This document shows, piece after piece, positions 41,088 to 52,176 of a stretch of DNA of 64,000 nucleotides. The stretch comes from a virus (taxonomy: Duplodnaviria; Caudoviricetes), in IMG/VR virus record IMGVR_UViG_2710264778_000001, positions 64,001 to 128,000 of that record, one strand, 5' to 3'. A program made the translations under genes and the position numbers. The notes under the pieces were generated by a model. It saw only the letters and a program-made list of their open reading frames with translations. It was not told the origin of the DNA and did no database searches. How positions within the stretch are numbered: position 1 is the stretch's first letter; each line of letters begins with the position of its first letter.

Positions 41088-41393
41088 GTGTATTTAAGTA
41101 TAATATTACATTATAATTGTAAATTAGTTAGATGTAAATATCAATATAAGATAAAAAAGAAAAGGATGAGAATTATGTTAAAAGATGATGGTAGAGTAAG
41201 TAATAAAGATAAGAAGAAAGTACATAGAAAATATAGACCAATAAAATGTGAAGCCGATAATTGTAATGAGTCAATTGATATTGATTTATGTATTTTTAAT
41301 GAAGACTTCGATTATTGTGATAATACTAAAAGTTCGATATATGTGTATTGTCCAGTATGTGGGTTACAACATAAAGTTAAATTAAACAAATAA
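41088..41393 (+). CDS. Small Zn-ribbon protein (true start probably ~41166-41175)
   Basis: CEADNC...CPVCG. Confidence 0.6.
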   Translation: MYLSIILHYNCKLVRCKYQYKIKKKRMRIMLKDDGRVSNKDKKKVHRKYRPIKCEADNCNESIDIDLCIFNEDFDYCDNTKSSIYVYCPVCGLQHKVKLNK

Positions 41394-41423
41394 ATTATAT
41401 AATAAATAAAGGGAGAGTTTATT

Positions 41424-42635
41424 ATGGATGAATTGAAAATGAAAGAAGGAGAAAGTAAATTAGCTTATTTTAAAAGAATTACTGATAATAAAAATGAATA
41501 TGATTTAGATTATGCTGAATGGGGAGAGCTTTTAGTAGGTGAAAGAAAATATTCAAGTGAAAATTGCAGAAAAGCATTCTACATATTTAAAAAATTCTTT
41601 GAGCAGTTAAATATTGAAGAAATAGAAAAGCTTCCTAAAAATAAAATGGAAGAAGTTATTGAATTGATTGGTGAACTTGATGTAAAAAAGATGGAAATTA
41701 AAAATAAAACAAATCAACTCAATAGTATAAAAAGAAAATTTGTAAAAACAATTGAAATATCTAACGATATAAAAGATTGTTTATTAGAGAATATAGATGA
41801 ATTTCCTAAGTTTGAATATGAACCTATAATAGACCTTTCAAATAATAAATTGATTGTGCAAGTATCAGACTGGCATGTTGGTTATATTATAGAGGGGTAT
41901 AAAGGAAATTATTATAACTATGAAATTGCTAAGAAAAGATTAAATAAATTATTAATGGAGATAGATAAGACTTGTAATTTATATAATATTAACTCAGTAA
42001 TTGTTGTGAATTGTGGTGACGCAATTGAAAATTTATATATGAGACAAAATCAAAGTTATGAGTGTGAGTTTGATTTATCTCATCAGATTACATATGCTTC
42101 AAAGTTATTGTTTAGTTTTATAACTGATATATCATCAAGAAATAGAAATGTTGAAGTATATTCTGTAGGTGGTAATCACTCAAGATTAAGTTCAAAGGAT
42201 GCCAATGTTGAAGGTGATAATGCAAATGTAATAATTAATGAAAATTTAAAAACATTTGTTGAGTTATCAGATAATAAAAGAGTACATATAAACGATATAG
42301 ACTATAAAGATGATAGTGCTAGTTTTGAAGTTAATGGTATGAATGTAAAAGTAATTCATGGAGATAATAGAGTTTCTGATAAGAAAAAATTATTTGATTC
42401 TGAATCTACTATGGATGAAACTGAATACAAACTTGTATTAAGAGGACATGATCACAATTTCAATATACAGTCACAAAATAATGGTGGTTATGTAGTGACG
42501 TCTGGAAGCTTATTTGGATATAACCCTTATTCTGTAAAGAAAATGAGTTGTACAACTAACGCAAGTCAAACATTAATTGTAATTAATGAAAATGATATTG
42601 AATGTATCAAAGATATTAATTTACAAATAGTATAA
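41424..42635 (+). CDS. Calcineurin-like metallophosphoesterase (YonJ-like)
   Basis: SDWHVG, CGD, GGNH, IHGD and GHDH. Confidence 0.9.
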   Translation: MDELKMKEGESKLAYFKRITDNKNEYDLDYAEWGELLVGERKYSSENCRKAFYIFKKFFEQLNIEEIEKLPKNKMEEVIELIGELDVKKMEIKNKTNQLNSIKRKFVKTIEISNDIKDCLLENIDEFPKFEYEPIIDLSNNKLIVQVSDWHVGYIIEGYKGNYYNYEIAKKRLNKLLMEIDKTCNLYNINSVIVVNCGDAIENLYMRQNQSYECEFDLSHQITYASKLLFSFITDISSRNRNVEVYSVGGNHSRLSSKDANVEGDNANVIINENLKTFVELSDNKRVHINDIDYKDDSASFEVNGMNVKVIHGDNRVSDKKKLFDSESTMDETEYKLVLRGHDHNFNIQSQNNGGYVVTSGSLFGYNPYSVKKMSCTTNASQTLIVINENDIECIKDINLQIV

Positions 42636-42686
42636 ACAAAATATAAATAAGTAAATGAAAGGATTATATGAAAGCATATAATTAAG

Positions 42687-43292
42687 GTGATTGATATGGG
42701 AGAAATATATCAACCAATAGATAATATCTATAATGAAATGATTAATACTGATTTTCTAAAGAATAGACGTATTTGGTTTAATGACCAAGTTGATGAAATA
42801 TCGGTTACAAAAGCAATTTATAGTTTAAATAAACTAAGAAAATTAGATGATTTAAATGAAATTCCTATTAAAGATAGACAACCTATAACCATTATATGCA
42901 ATAGTCCTGGAGGATATTGTTATCAAGGCTTATTCTTATGCAGTGTAATAGAATCTATGGTTAAAGAAGGCTATAACATAGTCACTATTACAGGTGGAAT
43001 GAGTGCTTCAATGAGTTTTTTAATAGGTTTATGCGGTAAAACTAAAAAGTGTTATGAGTATTCAACTTTTCTTTGTCATCAACCAAGTGGAGGAGAAATT
43101 GGTGAAGCAATAAAAATAAAAAGAACTAGTGATGAATTAGATAGATTATGGGAACTAAGTAAAGTTATAATTAGAAAACATTCAAGTATGTCAGATAATT
43201 TATTAAATACTATATATAAAGAATCTTGGGATTATATAATGGATAGTTCGGAAGCATTAAAACTAGGAATTGTAGAAGAAATAATTAAGTAG
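42687..43292 (+). CDS. ClpP-like serine protease
   Basis: NSPGG, SASM (Ser), HQP (His) and D..M...EALKLGIV. Confidence 0.9.
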   Translation: MIDMGEIYQPIDNIYNEMINTDFLKNRRIWFNDQVDEISVTKAIYSLNKLRKLDDLNEIPIKDRQPITIICNSPGGYCYQGLFLCSVIESMVKEGYNIVTITGGMSASMSFLIGLCGKTKKCYEYSTFLCHQPSGGEIGEAIKIKRTSDELDRLWELSKVIIRKHSSMSDNLLNTIYKESWDYIMDSSEALKLGIVEEIIK

Positions 43293-43300
43293 AAGGATAG

Positions 43301-43639
43301 GTGAAAAGTATGAATGAAGAACTAAATCAAGAGTTAGAAATGGATGAAGTTGAAGGAAAAGAATTTTATTCTCAAGATGAAGTATTAGATATTATAGATC
43401 AAATAACGCCTAAAATTGAAATTGATAATGAAGAATTAAATGGATTAAAACTTGACTTAAAAGTATTTAAAGATGGTTTAAAAGATATTAGTTTTGCATG
43501 TGGACAATATGTCGGATTAATGTCGGTAGGCGTAAGTGCTGTTGATGCATTCCAATATATACTTAATGAATCTACTGGAAAGAGTAATAAAGATGTAACA
43601 AAAGTTCAACAGATAAATGTTGAAAGTAATCAAATTTAG
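43301..43639 (+). CDS. Hypothetical protein
   Basis: Operon context. Confidence 0.65.
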   Translation: MKSMNEELNQELEMDEVEGKEFYSQDEVLDIIDQITPKIEIDNEELNGLKLDLKVFKDGLKDISFACGQYVGLMSVGVSAVDAFQYILNESTGKSNKDVTKVQQINVESNQI

Positions 43640-43656
43640 ATTGGAGATAAAATATA

Positions 43657-44265
43657 ATGAATTATAAAGATAAAGTTGATAAGATTGTCGGTCTATTATT
43701 AGAAAATGAAGAATTGGAAACAAATTGCGAAGTAATTCTAGATTCTGAATTAGCTTATGACGTAACCAAAGAATTATATTATAAATTAGATAAGTACTTT
43801 CTTATAGAAGAAAAAGACCAATTTGAAAAAGATTTAAAAGAGAATGATATTCTTGGAGTAGCTTTGTTAGTTCATGGTGATGGACAAGCCGAATATTTCT
43901 TACAAAGAATTATGAGTGATGAAGGTGAAACATATCTAGATGAGATAACCCAAGTTCTATATATTCAAGATGATTTATTAGACTGTGTTGATGTTGAAGA
44001 GTTTAAAATAGCTGATATTTATATTCTTACAGAATGTGATGAGAATTGTTGTGATTGTGAATCTTGTAAAAATAAACAAGCGTATTCAGAATACGAAAGA
44101 GAAATGGACGATTATCTAGACGAATCAATGTTTGAAGTTCATAAATATTTTGCAGATATGTTAATAGAACATGGAGAAGATGAAGATTTTGATTTTCATG
44201 AATTGATTGATGAAATAATTTATATGGCATTTTTCAAGGGATTTGATAAAGCTATAGAAGAATAA
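43657..44265 (+). CDS. Acidic hypothetical protein with a Cys cluster
   Basis: CDENCCDCESC. Confidence 0.7.
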   Translation: MNYKDKVDKIVGLLLENEELETNCEVILDSELAYDVTKELYYKLDKYFLIEEKDQFEKDLKENDILGVALLVHGDGQAEYFLQRIMSDEGETYLDEITQVLYIQDDLLDCVDVEEFKIADIYILTECDENCCDCESCKNKQAYSEYEREMDDYLDESMFEVHKYFADMLIEHGEDEDFDFHELIDEIIYMAFFKGFDKAIEE

Positions 44266-44312
44266 AATATAACTAAGTATTAAATTAAAAAGCCAATTTT
44301 ATTAAGTTTTTA

Positions 44313-44339
44313 TAGACCACATCTATAGGGTGTGGTCTA
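44313..44339 (+). terminator. Hairpin, probable terminator
   Basis: TAGACCACA-TCTATAGGG-TGTGGTCTA. Confidence 0.55.
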
Positions 44340-44410
44340 TTAAGAATTTAATCGTATTTGCTGGGTTGGGTATGCCCAGTATTATTTTATGATAGACAGG
44401 TGGTGAGATT

Positions 44411-44665
44411 ATGGAAATAAATTTAAAAGCTGGTGAAGTTAATGTTATTTATAGTGATTACTTAAATAAAGTAGTTAAAGAAGCAATGATTCAATTGACA
44501 GATACAGTTGCAGTTAAATATTCATTAAATAAAGATAAGAATTGTATGGATATGAGTATCATAAATACTTTACTTGAGGATGTAGATCAAGGTGGAGAAG
44601 TAAACAAAGATGAAATCGCAAAAATAATAACTGCTCAGAAATCAATATTTGTACAATTAACTTAA
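44411..44665 (+). CDS. Hypothetical protein
   Basis: RBS; operon context. Confidence 0.65.
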   Translation: MEINLKAGEVNVIYSDYLNKVVKEAMIQLTDTVAVKYSLNKDKNCMDMSIINTLLEDVDQGGEVNKDEIAKIITAQKSIFVQLT

Positions 44666-44692
44666 AAATAAAATATAAGGAGGTATTATTAT

Positions 44693-45157
44693 ATGAAATT
44701 AGGTTATATACCATCTATGTTAAATAATGTTAGAACTATGAAAGTTTATATAAAATCTTTAGGTTCAACAACTTTAACAGAAGCAGATGAACAGAAAATA
44801 ATTGATGATTATTCACCATTATTACAATATAAAGATTTAATTTTTTCAGGTAAATTTAATATTGATCCACAAGGAAATGTAATTGTAGATGAAACAAATG
44901 GTGAATTAGTGACATTGTCTTTAGTAAATCAAGTGCTTAATATTAATAAAGATTTTATTGCTACTTTTAGTATTGCAACAAAGGATATTAAAGATAGTGA
45001 GTTAGGAGCAAATATATTAAAGACAAAAGACTTAGTTGCAGAAGCAAAATGCTTGTTGTTTAAGAATATAATTACTAAAGCAGTTGAAGATATTATAACT
45101 GCAATAAAAGGAAAAGAAAATAATTTTGAAACAGAAAGTGAATCTGTTGAATTTTAA
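44693..45157 (+). CDS. Hypothetical (possibly virion) protein
   Basis: AAGGAGG RBS. Confidence 0.7.
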   Translation: MKLGYIPSMLNNVRTMKVYIKSLGSTTLTEADEQKIIDDYSPLLQYKDLIFSGKFNIDPQGNVIVDETNGELVTLSLVNQVLNINKDFIATFSIATKDIKDSELGANILKTKDLVAEAKCLLFKNIITKAVEDIITAIKGKENNFETESESVEF

Positions 45158-45265
45158 TTTATTAAACTGGGTTGAAATATATCCAGTTTTTTATTGTTTT
45201 TATAGTGCTTATTTGAATTAATAAGTAGTTTGAAATAATAAATTATAAAAAGGAGGTGTATTATC

Positions 45266-46213
45266 GTGGCTGGTAAGTCAAGAAATAATACAGAAATAAC
45301 AAATAGGGAAATTATTTATTGTACAGGGTGTGATCACGATAAAAAACCTAGCGATTTTTATAAGAGTTATGGTTCTACTAAATCTGGGACATTACCATAT
45401 TGTAAACAATGTTGTATAGATATGAGCTTGAATGATAATGGAACATTGAACATAGATAAATTCAAAAATATGCTGTCTAAAGTAGATAGACCATTCTTAT
45501 ATCAAACATTAGAAGATAATTTGAAAAAATACCCCCAAAAAATAGAATCTGCTATTGGCTTCTATTTCAAAGATTTAGGAATGACACAAAATAGAGGTTT
45601 AAAATATAAGGATAGTGTATTTGAAAATGAAGAAACAAATAAACTAGCTGAAATGAATACAGTTAGTTATAATATTTCACAAGATGTAATTAAAAAATGG
45701 GGACAAAATTATACATCAGAACAAATTATGAAACTAGAGAACTTCTATAATGATATGCAAAATAGTTACGATGTTAAAACTGCTTCTCATAAAGATTATT
45801 TAAAAAAAATATCAAAGGTTTCATTAAAGATGGATGAAGCATTAGATAATGACAACGTAACTGAATTTCAAAAATTATCAGGTGTTTATGATAATTTAAT
45901 GAAATCAGCAAAATTTACAGCAGTACAAAGATCGGCAGTAGATGATACTGGAGGATTCGCAACGTTTTGTGAGTTTATAGAAAGCCTTGAAAAAGAAGGT
46001 TTTATTGAACCAGCAAAAATAGAAGAAGACTATGATATTGTTGAAGCTACTATCTCAGATGTAAAAAACTATACAAAAAAATTAGTTTTAGGGGATAGTT
46101 CAATATCCACTATGGCAGTAGAACAATTGAATAAAATGAAAGAAAAACAAGATGAAAGTAATAATACTTTAGATGAAGAGTTAGAAGGTGAAGATAATGG
46201 CATCAATAACTAA
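45266..46213 (+). CDS. Zn-finger protein preceding the terminase (YonG-like; candidate small terminase)
   Basis: CTGC...FYK...YCKQC; overlaps terL. Confidence 0.65.
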   Translation: MAGKSRNNTEITNREIIYCTGCDHDKKPSDFYKSYGSTKSGTLPYCKQCCIDMSLNDNGTLNIDKFKNMLSKVDRPFLYQTLEDNLKKYPQKIESAIGFYFKDLGMTQNRGLKYKDSVFENEETNKLAEMNTVSYNISQDVIKKWGQNYTSEQIMKLENFYNDMQNSYDVKTASHKDYLKKISKVSLKMDEALDNDNVTEFQKLSGVYDNLMKSAKFTAVQRSAVDDTGGFATFCEFIESLEKEGFIEPAKIEEDYDIVEATISDVKNYTKKLVLGDSSISTMAVEQLNKMKEKQDESNNTLDEELEGEDNGINN

Positions 46214-47963
46214 CTTTAAATCAGAAAAGGATAATAAAAAAGAAGGGATTTTAGATATTCATAATCCAGCAGGTAATTCTTTTGAAAAAGATGTTAATCC
46301 TATGGCTTCAACTTTTGATGTAGTAAAAAAAGATTTTGCTAAATATGTAAGCTTATGGCGTGCTTGCCCTGATTTATTTATTGATTTTATTACACCAAAG
46401 GATAGTAAATTTAAATTATTTTTCTATCAAAGAGTATTTTTAAGAAGTGCGATAAGGCATAAATATTTCTATGCAACTTTTACAAGAGCTTTTTCTAAAT
46501 CATTTCTTAGTATATTAATACTATATATAAAACTTATTCTGTACCCCAATATATCTTTATTTATATGTTCTGGGGGAAAAGGTCAGGCAACTAATATCGC
46601 AAAAGAAAAAATAGAAGAAATATGGGAGAAGTTTCCTATATTAAAAAGAGAAGTTAAAGATTATCAAGTATCTAAGGATTATTTAAAAGTAACACTACAA
46701 AATAATAGTCGTTTAGATATAGTTGCTGTTCGTGAAAGTACTCGTGGAGGAAGAAGAAATGCTGGTTTAATTGAGGAAGCAATTTTAGTTGACGGTAAAT
46801 TATTAAATGAAGTTATAATTCCACTGATGAATGTTAATAGACGTGCTAAAAATGGAGATGTTGATCCCAATGAACCGCACAAACAACAAATTTATGTTAC
46901 AACAGCAGGATATAGAAATACATTTGCTTATGACAAGTTAAAACAAATACTAGTATGGATGGCAACAAAAGATGATGAAGCCTTTGTTATGGGTGGAAGT
47001 TGGAGAATTCCAGTTTTACATAAACTATTAGACCCAAATTTTGTTGAAGAATTAAAAGAAGATGGTACATATAATCCTTTATCCTTTGATAGAGAATACG
47101 AAAGTATATGGACTGGAAGTGGCGAGGATAGTTTCTTTAATGAAGATATGATAACAAAAAATAGAGTATTAAAGAAGTCGGAAGACAAGCCTGATTTTAA
47201 AGTTTCGGATAATGATAAATTTGAAATAAAATATATAGTATCTACAGATGTGGCAAGAAGTGAAGGAAATCAAAATGCGAATACTGTAGTTACAGTTGGT
47301 AAAGTAAAACAAAATCTTACAAATGGACATTGTGTAACAAATATAGTAAATATGTTTGTATTACATGGAGAACATTTTGAAGAACAGGCTATAAAAATAA
47401 AAAAGATTGTTTTTAAATATAAAGCAGAAATGTGTCCGTGTGATTTAAATGGTCTAGGAGCTGGTCTTGCTGACTATTTGGTAAAAGAAAATATAGATGA
47501 AAATGGTGAAATATTTCCTCCATTTTCTATAGTAAATGATGATAGATTTGATAAGTATAAAACTGATGATAGTTTACCATTATTGTATGCAATTAGATCA
47601 CAAGGAATTGCAGGGCAAATTCATGTTAATTGTTTATCGCAAATATCATCTAATAAGGTTAAATTTTTAATAGATGAAATGGAAGCAAAAACTCAATTAT
47701 CTAAAACACAAATTAAAGATATGAGTGGTAGAGAAATGGGAGAATATTTAGCACCGTTTTTAAATACTACTTGTTTAAAAGATGAAATGCTTAACTTAAG
47801 AGCAAAACAAACAGGTAAAGATGTAGTCTTGGATAGAATAAATAAGGGAATACAAAAAGATAGATTTAGTTCTTTAGAATACCTTTTATGGTATGTGAAA
47901 GAGATAGAAAATAACTTTGAAGATGATTCAGATGACGATGACAGACAATATGTATTTTGGTAA
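46188..47963 (+). CDS. terL: Terminase large subunit
   Basis: LFFYQR, TRAFSKS, RGGRR..GLIEEA, VTTAG, FDREY, STDVAR, DLNGLG and KDRFSS. Confidence 0.93.
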   Translation: MKIMASITNFKSEKDNKKEGILDIHNPAGNSFEKDVNPMASTFDVVKKDFAKYVSLWRACPDLFIDFITPKDSKFKLFFYQRVFLRSAIRHKYFYATFTRAFSKSFLSILILYIKLILYPNISLFICSGGKGQATNIAKEKIEEIWEKFPILKREVKDYQVSKDYLKVTLQNNSRLDIVAVRESTRGGRRNAGLIEEAILVDGKLLNEVIIPLMNVNRRAKNGDVDPNEPHKQQIYVTTAGYRNTFAYDKLKQILVWMATKDDEAFVMGGSWRIPVLHKLLDPNFVEELKEDGTYNPLSFDREYESIWTGSGEDSFFNEDMITKNRVLKKSEDKPDFKVSDNDKFEIKYIVSTDVARSEGNQNANTVVTVGKVKQNLTNGHCVTNIVNMFVLHGEHFEEQAIKIKKIVFKYKAEMCPCDLNGLGAGLADYLVKENIDENGEIFPPFSIVNDDRFDKYKTDDSLPLLYAIRSQGIAGQIHVNCLSQISSNKVKFLIDEMEAKTQLSKTQIKDMSGREMGEYLAPFLNTTCLKDEMLNLRAKQTGKDVVLDRINKGIQKDRFSSLEYLLWYVKEIENNFEDDSDDDDRQYVFW

Positions 47964-47992
47964 ACAAATTATAAAAGAAAGGAGATGAAATA

Positions 47993-49576
47993 ATGGCAGG
48001 AAGGCCAAAAGGTTCAACTAATGCTTTTTCAAAAAAACAAGTTGAAGAAATGCAATTAAAAATTGAAGAATTAGAAAAACAATATAATTCATATGATCAA
48101 GTTGTAGATAGTTTTGTTGATGGTTTTATATTAGAACTTACACAACAAATTAAAACTATTGATATGACCACATTGCAAAGATGGTTTAGTAATCCAGACA
48201 ATTATATTCAAGAAATAAATAATCTACTAACTTATTATTATATAATAGACGGTAATATATCACAATTATATGATTTAATATTTTCTCTACCAGAACTAAA
48301 TTACAAAATAAAAACTTACAAAAGATTAAGTAGCTATGAAAATGATATTTCAACTATAAAAATTGCGTTAGAGAGAATAGTAAAACATAAAACATTAACT
48401 AGAGAATTGTTAGTTCAAATGGCTGTTAATGGTTCGGTTTTAGGAACTTGGTTAGGAAATAAACAAGAACCTTATTTTAATGTCTTTGATGATTTAGATT
48501 ACATATACCCATATGGAATTTATAAAGGGAAGATGGTTGGAGTATTTGATTTATCATATATAGATACATTAACGAGCGAACAAAAAATAGCATTATATAA
48601 TACATTGAAACCATTAGTTACTGAAAGCATTTATAACAAATGGAAAGGTGAAAGAGATCCAAATAAACAAAGAGAATTACAACTAGTTGTTTTACCACCA
48701 GAGACTTCATTGGTTGCCAGAACAAGAGTATTATCACGTAATCAAAGATTAGGATTGCCTTGGGGAACTCAATCTATATTTGATTTACAACATAAACAAA
48801 AAATGAAAGACTTAGAACGTGCTATGGCTGATAAAATTATAAGAGCAATAGCAATTGTTAAAATGAGAGATAAGGATGATAATGATAATAAAGTAAAAGA
48901 GAGCGTTCAAAAGAAAGTTTTTACTAAAGTTAAAAAAGCATTAGAACAAAATAACAATAGTAAAAATGGATTAACATGTATCGCTATGCCTTCATTTGCT
49001 GATTTTTCTTATCCTGAATTTAAAGGTGCTGATGATATATTAGACCCTAAAAAATATGATAGCGTAAATAATGATATTACTACTGGAACAACTGTAGGAT
49101 CTGTTTTAGCAAATGGTAGTGGTGGTAATTATGCATCAGCAAACTTAAATTTAGATATGATTTATCAAAAAATAGGTGCAATGCTAGAACAAGTTGAAGA
49201 AATATATAATCAATTAATTCTTATAGTATTAGGGAAGAATAAAGGTTCTAATTATTATTTTGAGTATAGTAAACAAAAACCGTTAACTAAAAAAGAAAAA
49301 TTAGATAATCTTAAAAGTTTAGTAGATAAAGGATATGCATTAAGACCATTGATAGAAGAAATGGGATATGATTTTGAAAGTTATATTGATGAAAGTATCT
49401 ATGAAATTGAAAAACTTAAATTAAGAGATAAAATAATTCCACCTTTAAGTACTTATACTGCAACTGGTTCAGATGTAAATAGTGGAAGACCAACAGATAC
49501 TACTGGAGAAAACAACAGTACAGTTCAAACAAAAGAACAGGGTGGCAATTTTAACCCAAAACCTTCAACAGAATAG
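47993..49576 (+). CDS. Portal protein (YonE-like)
   Basis: Follows terL; size and GNYASANLN..GRP pattern. Confidence 0.75.
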   Translation: MAGRPKGSTNAFSKKQVEEMQLKIEELEKQYNSYDQVVDSFVDGFILELTQQIKTIDMTTLQRWFSNPDNYIQEINNLLTYYYIIDGNISQLYDLIFSLPELNYKIKTYKRLSSYENDISTIKIALERIVKHKTLTRELLVQMAVNGSVLGTWLGNKQEPYFNVFDDLDYIYPYGIYKGKMVGVFDLSYIDTLTSEQKIALYNTLKPLVTESIYNKWKGERDPNKQRELQLVVLPPETSLVARTRVLSRNQRLGLPWGTQSIFDLQHKQKMKDLERAMADKIIRAIAIVKMRDKDDNDNKVKESVQKKVFTKVKKALEQNNNSKNGLTCIAMPSFADFSYPEFKGADDILDPKKYDSVNNDITTGTTVGSVLANGSGGNYASANLNLDMIYQKIGAMLEQVEEIYNQLILIVLGKNKGSNYYFEYSKQKPLTKKEKLDNLKSLVDKGYALRPLIEEMGYDFESYIDESIYEIEKLKLRDKIIPPLSTYTATGSDVNSGRPTDTTGENNSTVQTKEQGGNFNPKPSTE

Positions 49577-49588
49577 TAGGTGATAAAA

Positions 49589-49756
49589 ATGAAAATATTG
49601 ATTTCTAAAACAGAAGAGTTGATTACTATTTCTTTAGATGGTAAAAAATTATTAATAAATAAAGACAATAAGCTATTTAACAAATTGATTATTTTATCTA
49701 AAGAGGAAATTAAAGAATTATATCAAAAGGATAAATTTAATAGTTTATTAGATTAA
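49589..49756 (+). CDS. Small hypothetical protein (55 aa, not in the ORF track)
   Basis: AGGTGA RBS; MKILISKTEELITISLDGK... Confidence 0.5.
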   Translation: MKILISKTEELITISLDGKKLLINKDNKLFNKLIILSKEEIKELYQKDKFNSLLD

Positions 49757-49814
49757 AATAATTATTTATTTAGTAATTTTAATTATTTATTATACTTAAT
49801 AGATAAATTATATT

Positions 49815-51503
49815 GTGAAAGGTGGTGATAACTTGGAAGAACAAAATAAAAAAATAGGTCAATTTCAAATTTCTTTTAATTCATTAACTACTGTTCCCAA
49901 TGATCCTACTATAATGAAAGCAAAAGTTATTCTTTTTGATTTTGAAAGAAGTGGCAATAATCAAATCATTGAAAAAGCAGTAGCCGAAGAAAATATAAAA
50001 TTTCTTATTGGTAAAAGAATTTGTTGCAAATACATATCAAAAGAAGATAATGGTGGAGAATTGGATGCTTTAGGAGATCATGAGCAATATGAAACAACAA
50101 ATAGAGATGATAAGGAAGTAGTCTATACTGATACAGAAGCTATTGGATTTATTGAAAATGTCTATATAGATAATTATACAGATAACAATGGAAATACTAA
50201 AGAAGTTGTTTATGGTGATGTAATATTATGGTGTGATGATCATTATGCGGATATTATTGGATTATTAAAAGAATGGTTAGAGAAGAATATACCAATACAT
50301 ATGTCAGTAGAATATTATTATTTTAACTATACTGTAAAAGATGGAATTGAATATATACAATCTCCTATTTTATTTAATGCACATACTGTTTTGAATAGTG
50401 AAGATAGGGGATATGCAATAGAAGTATTGCCTTCATATGAATGTGCAACTTTAGTGAGTTTTAATGAATTAAAAGAGCAATGGAATAAAGCTATTAATTC
50501 ATTAAATTCAAAACAAAATAAAGTAAATAATCAATTAAATGAAGAAAATTTACAAAATAATAGTTTACAATCTAGCGAAAATCTAGATTCTAATAAATTA
50601 AAACAAATAAATAAAATCCAAAAGGAGGATGAAACAATAATGGAAAACATATTTTTAAATGCAATGAAGTCAAATAATGAACTTTCATTTGGTGATGTTA
50701 GAGATTTATTATATGACGCTTTAGCTTCTGTTATGGTAGCAGAAGAATATTTTAATGTTTGGATAAGTCAATATGGAGTATATGAAGATTATTTTTTATA
50801 TGAAACAATAGAAGACTCAAAATGGGTGAATTATAAAGTTTCTTATACTAAAAACGCTGATGATACTGTAACTATAGACTATGCTACAAAATCAAAGGTT
50901 GAATATAATTTAACATTAGTTTCTGTAGATGATTTTGAATCTTCTCAAAATGCAAAACTAGAATTAGAAAAGTCACAAAATGAATTAAAATCAGCTAATG
51001 CTAAAATAGAAGAACTTGGTGATCAAATGAAATCGCTAAATGAAAAATTAGTTGAGAAATCTAATAATTCAAAAGTAGATACTGATAAATTTAATGAATT
51101 AACTGAAAAGTTAGTTTCCTTAAACGCTATGGTATCAGAAATGCAACCAATTGTAGATAAATACAATAAAGATGCATTTGAAAAATCTTTTAATAAAGCT
51201 AAAGAAGATTATAAAGTTACATTTACAAGTATTAATGCATTAGATGTATTTGAGTTGGAATCTACTCAAGAGTTAATTAAAGAATCTATTAATTCAGTAA
51301 AAGAAAAAGCAGATACAGCTAAATTTAGTTTAAATGCATTAATTGTAAATAGTATTAAACCAATTGAGGAAAAGATTAATGAAGATGATGTAGTTTTAGG
51401 TTCTGCTAATGTTAGTATTAATCAAATAACTAAAGCTGAGGATACAAAAGAATTAACAGACGTTGAAGACGGTGTATTATCAGAATATGGATTTAATTAT
51501 TAA
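49815..51503 (+). CDS. Prohead protease/scaffold (YonD-like)
   Basis: Between portal and capsid; HMSVE motif; coiled-coil C-terminal half. Confidence 0.7.
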   Translation: MKGGDNLEEQNKKIGQFQISFNSLTTVPNDPTIMKAKVILFDFERSGNNQIIEKAVAEENIKFLIGKRICCKYISKEDNGGELDALGDHEQYETTNRDDKEVVYTDTEAIGFIENVYIDNYTDNNGNTKEVVYGDVILWCDDHYADIIGLLKEWLEKNIPIHMSVEYYYFNYTVKDGIEYIQSPILFNAHTVLNSEDRGYAIEVLPSYECATLVSFNELKEQWNKAINSLNSKQNKVNNQLNEENLQNNSLQSSENLDSNKLKQINKIQKEDETIMENIFLNAMKSNNELSFGDVRDLLYDALASVMVAEEYFNVWISQYGVYEDYFLYETIEDSKWVNYKVSYTKNADDTVTIDYATKSKVEYNLTLVSVDDFESSQNAKLELEKSQNELKSANAKIEELGDQMKSLNEKLVEKSNNSKVDTDKFNELTEKLVSLNAMVSEMQPIVDKYNKDAFEKSFNKAKEDYKVTFTSINALDVFELESTQELIKESINSVKEKADTAKFSLNALIVNSIKPIEEKINEDDVVLGSANVSINQITKAEDTKELTDVEDGVLSEYGFNY

Positions 51504-51618
51504 TAAGATTTTTATCAATTGAAATGATACACATTGATAATATTTTTATTAATATGTTGAAATAAAAACAAATTATATAAAATTAAAATAATACTTAAAA
51601 AGAAATGAGGAATGTAAA

Positions 51619-52143
51619 ATGGCAACAGTTTTAAGAGACGCTTTATATTTACCAGGAACACATAATATTTCAGAAATAAATACAATTTGGGCTAAACCAG
51701 TAGCTAATGGAGCTATTCTAAGTGGTTCTAATATGGATAATGGTGGTTTAGTTGAATTTGCCGGAAGAGACGCAAATGGAAATAGACTTTGTAAACCATA
51801 TGATGGAACAGGAGAATTCTTTATTCTTCAAACTCATGTTGAAGATCAATTATTAATTGATATGGGTGAAACTGATTATAAAAACTTTTATAACAAAGTT
51901 GGAGAACCAGTGAGGTTAATAAGAGTTGAAACAGGTTTAGCACAAGAATTATCAGGTTTTACAGTTGATACTGGTGTAACTTTAGCACAAGATTTACCTG
52001 TAATTTGGGATGCTACTAATAAAGTTCATAAAGTAGTTGCTTCTATTGGAGCAGGACAAACACAAATTGCTACAGTAGTAGATTTAGATACAGACTTTGG
52101 TTACAATGCTGGAGTTACAACTATAAGAATTGAATACAAATAA
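51619..52143 (+). CDS. Head decoration protein (YonC-like)
   Basis: Position and size; FYNKVGEPVR. Confidence 0.6.
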   Translation: MATVLRDALYLPGTHNISEINTIWAKPVANGAILSGSNMDNGGLVEFAGRDANGNRLCKPYDGTGEFFILQTHVEDQLLIDMGETDYKNFYNKVGEPVRLIRVETGLAQELSGFTVDTGVTLAQDLPVIWDATNKVHKVVASIGAGQTQIATVVDLDTDFGYNAGVTTIRIEYK

Positions 52144-52176
52144 AATAAATTATAAAAAAGAAGGGATGATTATATA

